Origin: Cellvibrionaceae bacterium
GTDB taxonomy: Bacteria; Pseudomonadota; Gammaproteobacteria; Pseudomonadales; Cellvibrionaceae
Length of the DNA stretch: 64,000 nucleotides
Direction of reading: 5' to 3'
NCBI GenBank assembly: GCA_050299435.1
Contig: JBNKVX010000004.1
Span: 224-64,223, forward strand
Below are positions 27,032 through 38,300 of the stretch, piece by piece. Position 1 is the stretch's first letter; each line of letters opens with the position of its first letter. Position numbers and translations under genes: made by a program. Under the pieces are notes generated by a model. That model worked only from the letters and a program-made list of their open reading frames with translations, did no database searches and was not told the DNA's origin.

Positions 27032-27241
27032 CTACGAGAGCTCGGAAAGCAAGTCCTTTCGGCTTGATATCATTTCCCTATAAGTATCCAGAGTTGACTG
27101 ATTATTTGTATACCCACTAGTACGCAGTCTATCCAGGTGTCTTTCCAAGCAGTTAATTTCTCTCATGAGCTGGCTTTTCAGTTGTATGTCAGTTTGTCGA
27201 CCAACCTGAAAGGAATCATTTTGAGTTTGTGCCTGGTTCAT
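27032..27241 (-). CDS. Small coiled-coil hypothetical protein (69 aa)
   Basis: Purine-rich RBS (GGGA), its own terminator, amphipathic LMREINCLERHLDRL. Confidence 0.6.
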   Translation of the reverse strand: MNQAQTQNDSFQVGRQTDIQLKSQLMREINCLERHLDRLRTSGYTNNQSTLDTYREMISSRKDLLSELS

Positions 27242-27283
27242 AAGTCGTTTCCCATTGTGCTGATATTTATTGGTTACGCGACT

Positions 27284-27328
27284 TGCGTTTCTTTCGTTTG
27301 TGTTGCTTTCGTATGTGTTACTTACGTT
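27284..27328. repeat. Three 15-bp tandem repeats
   Basis: TGCGTTTCTTTCGTT / TGTGTTGCTTTCGTA / TGTGTTACTTACGTT. Confidence 0.7.
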
Positions 27329-27447
27329 TTCTTAAAAAACGTCAGCATTTTCTTGACCGGTCAGCAAACATCGATGCTCACCGATCCTTGTAGGATAGAC
27401 AATTTTTGACAAAAAATAACCAGGAAATTGCCAAAAATGGGCAACAA

Positions 27448-27473
27448 AGTGACATTCGATGTCACTATTTTTT
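27448..27473. terminator. Bidirectional terminator-like hairpin downstream of cysQ
   Basis: AGTGACAT-TCG-ATGTCACT, followed by ATTTTTT on + and TTGTTG on -. Confidence 0.6.
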
Positions 27474-27506
27474 CATAAGCGGAACTAGCTCTAATTCGCT
27501 TTTTAG

Positions 27507-28364
27507 TCAGTTCTTTTTTAGGACAGGTTTCCAGTCAAAATTCGCATCCCCAACCACATAAAACCAGGGGTTAAGAATGTCGTCCTTGGTATTATAACGA
27601 AGCGGACTTAAATCCAACCTGTATACATGGCCGCCTGCACTTTCGACAACAGCTTGTGCCGCTGCAGTGTCCCATTCAGAGGTCAATGCCAGTCGCGGAT
27701 AAAGGTCAGCCTTACCTTCAGCAACCAAACACAGCTTTAATGAACTTCCCATACTCCTGGATTCAAGTTCACCAAAAATACTCTCAAGTTTTTCTATGAG
27801 AGCATTAACTTCTTCCGCGCCATGACGACGACTCGCAACTATGACAAATTTTTCTGTTGAATTTTTTATATTGCTTAAGGAACGTGAAGAAATTTTTTCT
27901 TTTTTTCCGCCTTGAATTTTCCAAGCACCTACATTTTTAATACCGCAATAGGTAACGGCAAGAACCGGTACATACACTACGCCCAATACCGGCTCACCTT
28001 TATGCACAAGTGCAACATTAACGGTGAACTCTCCATTGCGATTGATGAATTCTTTGGTTCCATCCAGGGGATCAATTATCCAATAAGTCTCCCACTCTTT
28101 ACGCACATCCCAATCTGGTAAGCGACCCTCTTCAGAGAGAACCGGTACGCCATCCAGGTAATTTGTAAGTTCAGAAACAATGACTTTATGCGCAGCCAAA
28201 TCTGCATCGGTCACTGGCGAGTTATCCACTTTCGTTTCGATGGCTAACTCCTGGTCGCGATCATAAACCTCCAGAATGGCCGCACCTGCTTTTTCGCAAA
28301 GTAGAATGACTTTTTGTAATAATGCTTCGTCTAATTTCTCAACAATTGAATTCTCAACAATCAA
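27507..28364 (-). CDS. cysQ: 3'(2'),5'-bisphosphate nucleotidase
   Basis: SPVTDAD, IIDPLDGTKEF, GSSLKLCLVAEG, EWDTAAAQ. Confidence 0.96.
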   Translation of the reverse strand: MIVENSIVEKLDEALLQKVILLCEKAGAAILEVYDRDQELAIETKVDNSPVTDADLAAHKVIVSELTNYLDGVPVLSEEGRLPDWDVRKEWETYWIIDPLDGTKEFINRNGEFTVNVALVHKGEPVLGVVYVPVLAVTYCGIKNVGAWKIQGGKKEKISSRSLSNIKNSTEKFVIVASRRHGAEEVNALIEKLESIFGELESRSMGSSLKLCLVAEGKADLYPRLALTSEWDTAAAQAVVESAGGHVYRLDLSPLRYNTKDDILNPWFYVVGDANFDWKPVLKKN

Positions 28365-28366
28365 AC

Positions 28367-28918
28367 TTAAACTCCTTCACTTTTTATTGCGCGGTGGGCC
28401 AACAGTAACGCTGCAATGCTGCGCGCTTCGGTAAAATCTTCTTTGATCAAAAACTCATCTAACTCACTGAATTTTAAGGGTACAACTTCAAGGGGTTCAG
28501 GTTCATCCCCTTCGAGCTTTTCCTTGTAAAGATCTCGCGCCAGTACAATTTGTGTTCGGTGTTGCATGTAATTGGGTGATTGCGACATCAGTTTCAGCAA
28601 ACTCAATTCGCGTGCGCCATATCCTATTTCTTCCTTGAGCTCGCGGTTCGCCGCTTCTAATAAATCTTCCCCTTTCTCCACCCTTCCTTTGGGGAGTCCC
28701 AGCTCATAATCTTCCATGCCCACAGCGTATTCGCGAATCAGGAGTACCGTGTCATCATCGAGCATAGGGACTACAATAACTGCCGCAGTCGCTCCCGCAC
28801 AAAGGCGTTCGTATGTGCGCTCCTCGCCATTACCGAAGCGCAATGCGAGTTCCTCAACGCGAAATAGCCGGCTTGCCGCGACTTGTTTAGTATTCAATAT
28901 TTGAGGTTTAGTCGGCAT
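28367..28918 (-). CDS. nudE: ADP compounds hydrolase NudE
   Basis: SRLFRVEEL, ERTYERL, Nudix box GRVEKGEDLLEAANRELKEEIG; start MPTKP at 28918. Confidence 0.94.
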   Translation of the reverse strand: MPTKPQILNTKQVAASRLFRVEELALRFGNGEERTYERLCAGATAAVIVVPMLDDDTVLLIREYAVGMEDYELGLPKGRVEKGEDLLEAANRELKEEIGYGARELSLLKLMSQSPNYMQHRTQIVLARDLYKEKLEGDEPEPLEVVPLKFSELDEFLIKEDFTEARSIAALLLAHRAIKSEGV

Positions 28919-28989
28919 CTCAGATCTGATTACCCAATTTGTGGCCAAATAAGCAGGCACGACCTAAAAAAGCAGAGAGTATAGCAGTA

Positions 28990-29652
28990 ATGATAAATTG
29001 GAATTTGATAGATACGGTATTGCTCGACATGGATGGCACCTTATTGGATCAACATTTCGACAACTATTTTTGGTCAGTTCATCTTCCCCTTCGCTATGCG
29101 GAGGCGCACAATCTTGATGAACAAGCGGCCAAAGCCCATTTGGATAAACATATCCACAATCAGGTAGGCTCACTGCAATGGTACTGCCTGGATCATTGGT
29201 CAAAAATTGTAAGTATGGATATTCCCGCCCTAAAGCGCGAAGTCAGCCATAAAATACAAATTCGCCCCTTTGCAGAAGAGTTTTTAAAGCGCCTGCAAAT
29301 TCTTGGAAAGAAATTGGTGTTGATTACCAACTCTCACCGTGCTGGCTTAAACCTGAAAATGGAAGTGACTGAAATTGATCAGTATCTGGACCTGGTCGTG
29401 TCTTCACACGACTACCAAAAACCCAAAGAAGATCAGGCTTTCTGGAAAGATTTAATGCAGCAGGAACATTTTAATCCTCAACGTACCTTATTTATTGACG
29501 ATACGCCCAGAATTCTTGAAAGTGCGCAGCAATTTGGCATTCAATATTTAGTGTGTATCACCAAACCGGATATGCAAATGCCTGCTAAACGTTCTGAACA
29601 ATTTATCGACATTGAACATTTTGACGAAATTATGCCCGATGCAGAAAGTTAG
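28990..29652 (+). CDS. yrfG: GMP/IMP nucleotidase (HAD)
   Basis: DTVLLDMDGTLLDQHFDNYFW, PKEDQAFW, FIDD. Confidence 0.94.
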   Translation: MINWNLIDTVLLDMDGTLLDQHFDNYFWSVHLPLRYAEAHNLDEQAAKAHLDKHIHNQVGSLQWYCLDHWSKIVSMDIPALKREVSHKIQIRPFAEEFLKRLQILGKKLVLITNSHRAGLNLKMEVTEIDQYLDLVVSSHDYQKPKEDQAFWKDLMQQEHFNPQRTLFIDDTPRILESAQQFGIQYLVCITKPDMQMPAKRSEQFIDIEHFDEIMPDAES

Positions 29653-30031
29653 AATTGATAAGTGGCTATGGGCTGCGCGTTTTTTCAAGACACGCAACCT
29701 CGCGAAACAAGCCATTGATGGTGGCAAAGTTCATATTGGTGGGCACCGCGTAAAAGCCAGCAAGGAAATTGAAATCGGTATTCTCCTGCGAATTCGTCAA
29801 GGCTGGGACGTAAAAGAAGTCGAGGTGCTCGCCTTGTCTGATCAACGTAGAAGCGCAACGGAAGCTCAGCTTCTATATCGTGAAACCGCAGAAAGCATTA
29901 AAAAACGTGAAACCAATGCGGAGCAACGCAAGGTCATGCGTGCAGCCGACCCCAAGTCTTTAAGCAAACCCAATACACGGGAACGTAAACTTATCCATCG
30001 TTTTAAACGGGAAACTCTTGATGACAATTGA
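29639..30031 (+). CDS. hslR: Ribosome-associated heat shock protein Hsp15
   Basis: VRIDKWLWAARFFKTR (S4 domain); start MQKV at 29639. Confidence 0.95.
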   Translation: MQKVRIDKWLWAARFFKTRNLAKQAIDGGKVHIGGHRVKASKEIEIGILLRIRQGWDVKEVEVLALSDQRRSATEAQLLYRETAESIKKRETNAEQRKVMRAADPKSLSKPNTRERKLIHRFKRETLDDN

Positions 30032-30902
30032 TAACGACCTGAACCAGAACGATTCACTGGAACGATTCGTTTTTGAAAACTGTGATATTCGCGGCGCGAT
30101 TATTCGATTAAATAAAAGTTACCAGGATGCGCTCGCACATCAAACTTTTAGCTCGAGAAAAAAGCTGCTGCTAGGTGAATTTTTTGCAGCTGTCGGCCTA
30201 CTGGGTGATTCACTAAAATTTAAAGGCATTTTAACTTTACAAGCACGTGGAGACGGCGTGGTTCCACTTGTTATGGCTGATATTAACAGTGCCGGAGAGT
30301 TTCGCGGTATTGTGAAAAAAAAGGACGAAACTCTTCTCCTGGAAACCGACGACCTCCCGAATTTGCTAGGCAGCGCGGTGCTCTCAATCACCATTGATCC
30401 CGACAAAGGTGAACGATACCAGGGCATCGTTCCCTTGCTAGAAAGTAAACTCGCTCAATGCTTGAGTGATTATTTCTCCCAGTCTGAACAATTACCAAGT
30501 TGGTTTTCTTTATTTTCCAGTGAAGAATTTTGTGGCGGATTATTTCTGCAAGCCCTGCCTAAGAAAGTCATACTCGACCATGAAGAAACTCAAGAAAACT
30601 GGAATACCGCAATTCAATTGGCATCAACATTAAAAGCGGAAGAATTGTTTAGCTTAAATTATGAAGAAATTCTCTACCGCCTTTTTCATGAATTAGGCTG
30701 TAAAGTATTTCCTCCAAAGCCTTTGCGCTTTGCGTGCAGCTGTAACGAAGACAGAAGCAGCAATGCCATAATCGCCTTGGGCGAAGATGAAGCTTATGCC
30801 TTATTAGAAGAAAGGGGCGTGATAGATATTAATTGTGAATTTTGTGGAAGAAAATATGTTTTTAATGAAAGCGCTTTAAAAACACTTTTCACTTCACATT
30901 AG
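30021..30902 (+). CDS. hslO: Hsp33 chaperone
   Basis: ERYQGIVPL, QSEQLP, CSC...CEFC zinc site. Confidence 0.95.
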   Translation: MTIDNDLNQNDSLERFVFENCDIRGAIIRLNKSYQDALAHQTFSSRKKLLLGEFFAAVGLLGDSLKFKGILTLQARGDGVVPLVMADINSAGEFRGIVKKKDETLLLETDDLPNLLGSAVLSITIDPDKGERYQGIVPLLESKLAQCLSDYFSQSEQLPSWFSLFSSEEFCGGLFLQALPKKVILDHEETQENWNTAIQLASTLKAEELFSLNYEEILYRLFHELGCKVFPPKPLRFACSCNEDRSSNAIIALGEDEAYALLEERGVIDINCEFCGRKYVFNESALKTLFTSH

Positions 30903-31393
30903 TTTTCTTTAAGCAAATTCAATTTCAAAAATGCCGTTTCCAATGCTGCAATATCTGGAATGTATAACTCTTCCACTCCTACTCTTACAGACATAAGATC
31001 GAAGGGGCGTTTTGGTACATCCGGGTTTTCAGAAATCTCGGTGTGTGCAACTTTGGCCATTCTCGGTATACCCTGAGTAGGCAGTGCCACAAAAGGCAAA
31101 CGAGGATCAACTCCGGTATTGTTTAAAACAGCAACTCGCCCCTGTGGGTTTAAGGGTGCATATGCTGCGCCGTTCAACACTTCGTAGGACAACAAAGGTA
31201 TTGCCTGATTTCGCCAGTGGTACAAACCAATCAACCAATCCGGCGTGTCGGGAATGCTTTCAGCGGGCTGCATTGGCGCCATCTCAGCAATAGTAACCGT
31301 CGGTATTAACAAGGTTGCACCCATCAAGGGAACCAGAAGACAAGGGATTTCACCCTGTTCTGAAATTTGTGCTACAGATTGATCATCAGTCAT
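30899..31393 (-). CDS. chpC: CheW-like protein ChpC
   Basis: CLLVPL...LLIPTVTIAE, PDWLIGLYHWR; follows chpB. Confidence 0.88.
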   Translation of the reverse strand: MTDDQSVAQISEQGEIPCLLVPLMGATLLIPTVTIAEMAPMQPAESIPDTPDWLIGLYHWRNQAIPLLSYEVLNGAAYAPLNPQGRVAVLNNTGVDPRLPFVALPTQGIPRMAKVAHTEISENPDVPKRPFDLMSVRVGVEELYIPDIAALETAFLKLNLLKEN

Positions 31394-32352
31394 AAGCCAG
31401 TGTTTCCTGTCTGCAAGGTTGAACTGTGACGTGCATTAAAATTAATGGCCAATTGTGAAGCAACTGCAGAAAAACTCACACAGCCTGTCGCCTGTGCACT
31501 GCTAGGCATTGAATCTACCGTGCAGGAATCCGGGGATTGTACCCAAATTTGTCCGCCGTTATGTTTCATAAAGTGGCAACTTTTCGCCCCGTCATCTCCC
31601 ATACCGGAAAAAATAATTGCTCCAGAGTCTTTGCCATAAGCCCGTGCCACTTTCGCCATCACTTGATCAACTGATGGACAAAAAGGCCCGATCCAGGCTT
31701 CACTCACCGGACTTATTATTCCAGTGCTGGTAATTTCAAACTGGTGTGTCGGTGACACAATATAAACACAGCCACCGTAAAGTTGATGACTTTTCTCACA
31801 AGAAAAAACTCGCCAATCTGTATTTTGTATGACTGCTTTTTTTAAACTTTCGCTGATCTTGGCATCGATGTGTTGAACATATAGGAACGCCACATCGTGA
31901 ATCTTATTGGGTAAATTCCTAAGAAATTCAACAACCGCTTCCACACCTCCGGTTGATGCAGCCAAGACCCAAACTTCTTTTGCGCGCTTACCGCTCATCA
32001 GTGAGCTAATACCTGCCCCACTTAATAAATTTATTTTTGATGAGAAACGCTTTGCTTGTTCTTGTTTGCCAAGATTTTCCACGTACTGCGGTTCATCATA
32101 AATAACAGGGGTATTAAGATTTTCCAGTAGCTCAACAAAATCTTGACCCAGTTGCGTTTGAAGGTCGAGCCTTGCTACCCAAGCGTCCACTTCTGGCCAT
32201 TCGCTGGCCTTAAGTTTTGCCAATTCGGTACTGGAACAACGAATACTTGCAGCCAGCTCATTGCCAGATTCTTGAATCAGCGTTTCCAAATCAGTTTGCT
32301 GTGTGATTGAGTCGGCAAGCACACCAATTTTTAAGGCTTGCAAGGCCATCAC
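31390..32352 (-). CDS. chpB: CheB-like methylesterase ChpB
   Basis: AASTGG, VQHI, SGMGDDG. Confidence 0.9.
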   Translation of the reverse strand: MMALQALKIGVLADSITQQTDLETLIQESGNELAASIRCSSTELAKLKASEWPEVDAWVARLDLQTQLGQDFVELLENLNTPVIYDEPQYVENLGKQEQAKRFSSKINLLSGAGISSLMSGKRAKEVWVLAASTGGVEAVVEFLRNLPNKIHDVAFLYVQHIDAKISESLKKAVIQNTDWRVFSCEKSHQLYGGCVYIVSPTHQFEITSTGIISPVSEAWIGPFCPSVDQVMAKVARAYGKDSGAIIFSGMGDDGAKSCHFMKHNGGQIWVQSPDSCTVDSMPSSAQATGCVSFSAVASQLAINFNARHSSTLQTGNTGL

Positions 32353-35300
32353 TTAGGCCTTTTGATTCGCGCTATCTGCCAACAATTCATTAATGCTCTC
32401 CAGCAGTACCTCTTCCTGATACGGTTTACCCAGGTATTTGTTTACGCCGAGACTAAATGCGTGCTCTCTGTGCTTATCACCAGTACGCGAAGTAATCATA
32501 ATAATTGGGATGTCTTTCCACCGACTAGTTGTTCGAACATTTTTTGCAACCTCAAAACCATCCATGCGCGGCATTTCGATGTCGAGCAACATTAGATCGG
32601 GAATTGTGTCTTGCAGCACTTCAAGTGCATGTACACCATCTTTGGCGGTGATGACTTCAAAACCTTCACGTTCAAGAAAACGTGTGGTTACCTTACGCAC
32701 GGTAACCGAGTCGTCCACTACCATCACCGTGTTTATCTTCTGCACACGACTTTCTTTAACTTCTCTTTGTTGATCAGTGGTGGCTTCGAGTAGTGTGTGT
32801 TGCGCATCGGACAAGGCCACTTCTTTTCGTACCAGTGCGTGCGGATCAAGAATGACAACAACGCTACCGTCACCCATAACTGTTGCACCACTTAAGCCTT
32901 GCACAAGACTGAACTGCGACCCCAGAGATTTCACAACAATCTCCCGGCTACCCATCAAAGCGTCGACTTGCAGTGCCATCGTATGTTCAGCAGAACGCAC
33001 AAGTAAAACTGGAAGAGGAAGCGATTTTCCTTCCAGTTTTGGCCGCGCATTTTTATCGAGCATGGTGCCGAGATAACGCACTTCGTAACGTTCCCCTGCA
33101 TATTCAAATCGCGCTTCGGGATCAGAATAATAATGCTCAAGCTCGAAGGGGCTGACACGCACAATACCTTCAATGGTGTTCAAAGGCACGGCATAGTGAT
33201 CTGCGCCCATTTCAATCATCAATGCACGGTTAACGGAAACAGTAAAAGGTAAACGCACATAAAATTCTGTGCCCTTACCCCAGGCAGAATTAATTGAAAC
33301 TGATCCACCAAGCTGTTTGATTTCGGCATAGACCACATCCATGCCTACACCACGACCTGAAATTTGTGTAACGTTCTCTGCGGTACTAAAACCCGCGTGC
33401 AAAATAAATTGCATTATGTCTCTATCACTTAATTGCGCATCCGCCATCATCAAACCACGTTCAATGGCTTTTTCTTTTACGCGCTTTAAGTCAATGCCGC
33501 GGCCGTCATCAGCGAGACGTAGTAACACATCGCCACCTTCACGACCCAAGGTCAGCACAATGCGACCGGATTCAGGCTTACCGTTTGCAACACGATCTTC
33601 AGGTTTTTCAATACCATGATCCACCGCGTTACGCAGCATATGCTCCAAGGGCGCAACCATGCGTTCCAATACAGAACGATCCAGTTCACCTTCCACATTG
33701 TCGAGTTCAAAACTAACCTGTTTGCCCAACTCGGCAGCAACCTGGCGAACAATTCGACGTAGACGAGGTACAAGACGCGAAAAAGGCACCATACGAGAGC
33801 GCATCAAGCCTTCTTGCAAAGTTGAATTCACGCGCGATTGTTGCAACAAAAGGGTTTCAGTGTCGCGCACTTTATCGGCGAGTGTAGATTTTAAATCCAC
33901 TAAGTCAGAAGCTGATTCAATCAGAGAACGTGAAAGTTGTTGCAAAGCAGAATAGCGATCCATTTCGAGCGGGTCGAAATCTTTTTGTGCTTCTTCAATT
34001 TGTTCCTGACGGAAAAGAATTTGTGCTTCTGTTTCGATATCAAGACGACGCAGCTGTTCTTGCAAACGCAAGATTGTGCCATCTATTTCTTCCAGCGCTC
34101 CACCAAAATCAACAACTTGTTGTTCTAAACGGCCGCGACTAATTGAGGTTTCCCCAGCCAGGTTCACGAGTTCTTCTAACAATTCAGCCGAGACTTTAAT
34201 AACTTCCTGGGGGCCTGCACGTCGAGCAGAAACTTGTTGCTGAGTCGCTGCGGATGCACCCCCTCCACTGACACTCGGCATGATAAAAGAATCACCATCA
34301 TCTCCCGATGTTGGAGTAGCAACAACTTCTGTTTCTTTTGGTTTGGCCGCAAAAGGTAAAACGTTTGTGGTTTCGCCTGACCCTTGGCCGCTTTCAATTG
34401 CGGAGGATGGTTGCTCTGCAGTCTCAGGTGTGCCCGGCACGTCCAGAGCTGGAGTGGCAAGGTCTGCACCTGTTCCCATATAACTTTGAATCCCGCGCAC
34501 ACCATTGAGTACGCGATCCTGGAAGCCGTGTATTTTCGCAAAGAAGGCGCCGTCTACATCCGAGATATCTACACCGATTAAGTAGCTTTCGTAGTCGTGA
34601 GTGAGCTCGCCAAGATTGTTCATGCCTGCCAAACGCGCACCACCTTTTAAGGTGTGTAGCGCACGTTTGATTGACTCTACACTATTTAGATCAGACCAAT
34701 CATTTTCCCAAGTGTGCACCGCCTCATCCAACTCTTCGATGAGCTCTTCCGCTTCTTCAAGGAACACCTCAAGAATATCTTCGTCAAAATCAGGATCATT
34801 GACGTCAATGATATCGAGTAAACCTGGTATGCTTGTCGCATCCTCTTGTGAAGCTTCTGGCGTTTCGCTACTTATCGGAGACTCTGAATTATCTGAATCT
34901 CCTGCCGAAATAAAATCATCTTGTGCGGTCGCGTCTTGCCCAAAGGGAAGATCATGTTCAACTTCTTCACTAGTTTGATATTCTTCGTCTTGCTCTACTT
35001 CGAAATCACTCTCTGAAGAAAGTACACCGGCAGAATCTTGATTGTAAATTTGATCGCTTTCTTGTTGCGAAGAGAAATCCGAATTTTGTTCATCAACTGT
35101 AATATTAAAAATATCTTCAGCCGAATTTGCTGATGCAGCTTCACTTTCGCCTTGATCTACTTCGTTTAATTCAAATTCTTGTTGTTCTTCAAAATCCGAT
35201 TCATTAAAGCTAGCTACGGGAATTGTTTCTGCTTCGTCAGCCTCGTCAACCAACTCAAAATCTTGATCAGACTCGAATCCATTAATGTCTTCAACGCTTT

Positions 35301-38300
35301 CAAATTCAATAACGGGTTCTTCCGAAATTATTTCTTCACCAACTTCTTCATCAATTTCTTCAACCTGGAGCGATTGTTCAGCCAAGTCTTTCAAAGCTGT
35401 AATTAAATCTGCGGGGGGCGCCACCAGATTTTGTCCAGCAGCAACCGCATCAACGAGATCCAAAAGAATATCGTGACCACGTGCTAGCACTTGATAGAAA
35501 TGCTCATCTATCACCTTCTCATCTTTCAAAGCTTTTTCATGGACCAAACGCAATTCTTTCGCCAAGTCTGACATTTCCGGCAACTTGGCTTTGTTGGCAC
35601 CCACTTCTAAAAGAGATAATTCTTTGATAAGCCCTGGCAAATCTACAGCATCTTTACCTTTATCTTTCCAGGTCAATATCAATTTATCAGCATCGAGAAG
35701 CATCTTCATTTCTTCAGCCATAAAGATTGATAAGAGCTGAGGATCAACTTCGTTACTGCCCTGCTTTTCGAGTTCGTTTAATCGAATTAAATGTCCAACG
35801 GACAGTTCTTTTAATTCTTCTGCGCGCGCAATAAATTGATTCAATTTTGGAATTTGTACTTCACGTCGCGCTTCAATGTAGCCCAAACTTTCTCGCGTGT
35901 AGTCCACTGCATCTTTCAACAACTGTAAAATATCAGCGTTGATTGGGACTTTGTAAGAAATAAGTTCTTTTGCAAAATGTTCGAGTGGTTCAACCAACCT
36001 TGCAATAGCAGTGACTTGAGCCATTTTTGCACTGCCTTTTAGGGTATGCATGGCGCGCTGCAAGTCGTCGCTCGGTGGGGAAAATATTGGCGAGGATTCT
36101 TCCATTTCAGCAATAAATTCTTCCATGACTTCAAGGTGCGTTTCAGCTTCCGAGGAAAAAATATCCCAAAGCACATAGTCTTCGTTTTCTTCCTCCTGCG
36201 CTTCATTCAAGCGCGCTTGCTGCTCACTCTCCGCCTGTGCAGACAAGGGAACTTCTGTCGACGCCGGTTCATCTTCAAGCTCTGGCGGGACTTCACCCTC
36301 ACTGAGTGCTTGACCCCAAGCCATGTATTGCTCTGTTAATTCAGGCTGCGGGTTGCGTTTTTTATTCTTGAACGCTTCAATCAAAGAAGGTAGTAGTTGC
36401 AATACCAAAATAATTAAATGACTGTGCGCAGGTTTGGCGGGCACCGTGCGGTCAATTACCCGGTTCAGCATGTTTTCAACTGACCAGGCGAGCTCACCAA
36501 TATCATTGGCTTCCACCATGCGGCCACTGCCTTTCAGGGTATGAAATGCCCGACGGACAACAACAAGTGAATCGTTATCGTGTTGGTCTGCTCGCCACTT
36601 AGGGAAATATTCTCCAAGCGTGTCACTGACCTCTCCGGCTTCCTCAATAAAAATTTCTATTATTTCATCGTCGATGTCGCTTTCATTTTCAGCATCATCA
36701 TCTATAGAAATTTTATCAAGTGAAATAATAGGTTCGCGTTTTACTAATGATGCAGCAGGAGATACCTGTTCTACATGCTCTTCGTGTTCTAACTCCTCAC
36801 CAGATTCAACATTATTGTTGAATGCAACTTCGTTAAGCTCTTCTGGCTCTGTTGAAGAAGAATCAGAAGACGGCTCTACCAAGTTTTCAATTTCTGTCAC
36901 AGGTTGATTGACAGCGCGGTCTTGATTTTGTGATTTGAATTCTGTTTGTGGCGCAGTTGGTGAACTCCTTTCAGCAACAAGTGACGGCGGTGTCGTCGAA
37001 CCTGTTGCGTATCCTAAGGTGCTTACACTTTCTTCAGCAATATCCAACAAGGGCTCAAGATCTTCATCCAAATCTTCGATTAATCTTTCCAGATAGTATT
37101 CAACACTGGCGATTGCATCGGCCAAGGCATCGAGCGCTGTCCAGTCCGGGTGGCCATCTCCAACCAAAAGATTTTCTCGAATATAGGCATTACAGGAATC
37201 AATAATTTTCCCTGGTCTGTGGAGAGGAACCATATCCAAACCACCACGAATATCGGTAAGTAAACTTTCAATGTTGCCTAAATGCGACTTATCCCACTGT
37301 GACGAAATGTATTCAACGATGGCGTCTTTCGCTTGATCCAGTCCACGTTGACATTCTTTTAATACTGTACGTTTGGCTTGATCGATTTCTACTTCGCGCT
37401 CATCAAGATCTTCAAGATTTTGATGTCGCCCAGCAGCTTTGGAAATTGCAGATAAGCGATTTTCAAATTCAATCACCTTGTTTGCGACTTCCATTAACTG
37501 GTAGCCATCGATATCATTTTGGTTACTTAATTCTTCAAGTATTTCAGCTTGTTTTAATACTTGTTTGCGTAAATCACCAATACCCAAAACTGCCAAGGTA
37601 TCGGCCACGCGTTTTATGACTGGCAGCACCTCTTTTAATTCTGAAGGTGAACTTTGGCCTGAGAGTGATAAATCGAGTATGTGTTTAATCGTGTTTATTT
37701 CATCTTGAAGCGCAACCACTACGGAGCGTATCGCTTCCGGGTCAGGCATTGACATTGCGTCTTTGTCTGAGCCTTCAGCTCCGCCAATAAGCGCATTTTG
37801 TAATTGATACTTTGCCTTTACATCAAGAATTTTCTTGCTGCCGCCCTTAGCACGCGCGACGTAATACAATACATTTTTAAGTAGGCTCTCACCGGGCTGC
37901 ATGTCGAGTGCGCCTGGTGCTTTCTCACCGAGTATTCTTAGTTCGCGTGCGAGGTAACGTAAAAGTCCGCGAACCGCTACGCTGAGTTGAATATTCTCTT
38001 CACGCAAACCCTCAACCATTGCTGAGGCAGCTTCCCACAAGGGGTAGCATGCCGTTCCACTGGTAATCAATTGCAATCGTGTAAAAACTTTTTCAATATA
38101 TTCTAAATTTTCACGCGCCTTAATTCCGCGCAACACACTTGCGGCAGAAAATTGGTACATTTCCCGCAATTTATTTAATACTTCTTTTAGTTTTTCGGGA
38201 TCGTGAACAATTTGGTGCTTTTGCCCGTGAAGGCGAGCAAGTGAAGTTAGGTCAGGTGAAAATAAATTTGTTTCGCTGAGATAACTTTGTTTGCGCACCG

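Noticed and set aside
27137-27409. Plus-strand 90-aa ORF with CVxFV repeats as a Cys-sensing peptide
   Set aside because: Overlaps the better-supported minus-strand ORF, has no clear RBS and points opposite to cysQ; kept only as a DNA repeat.
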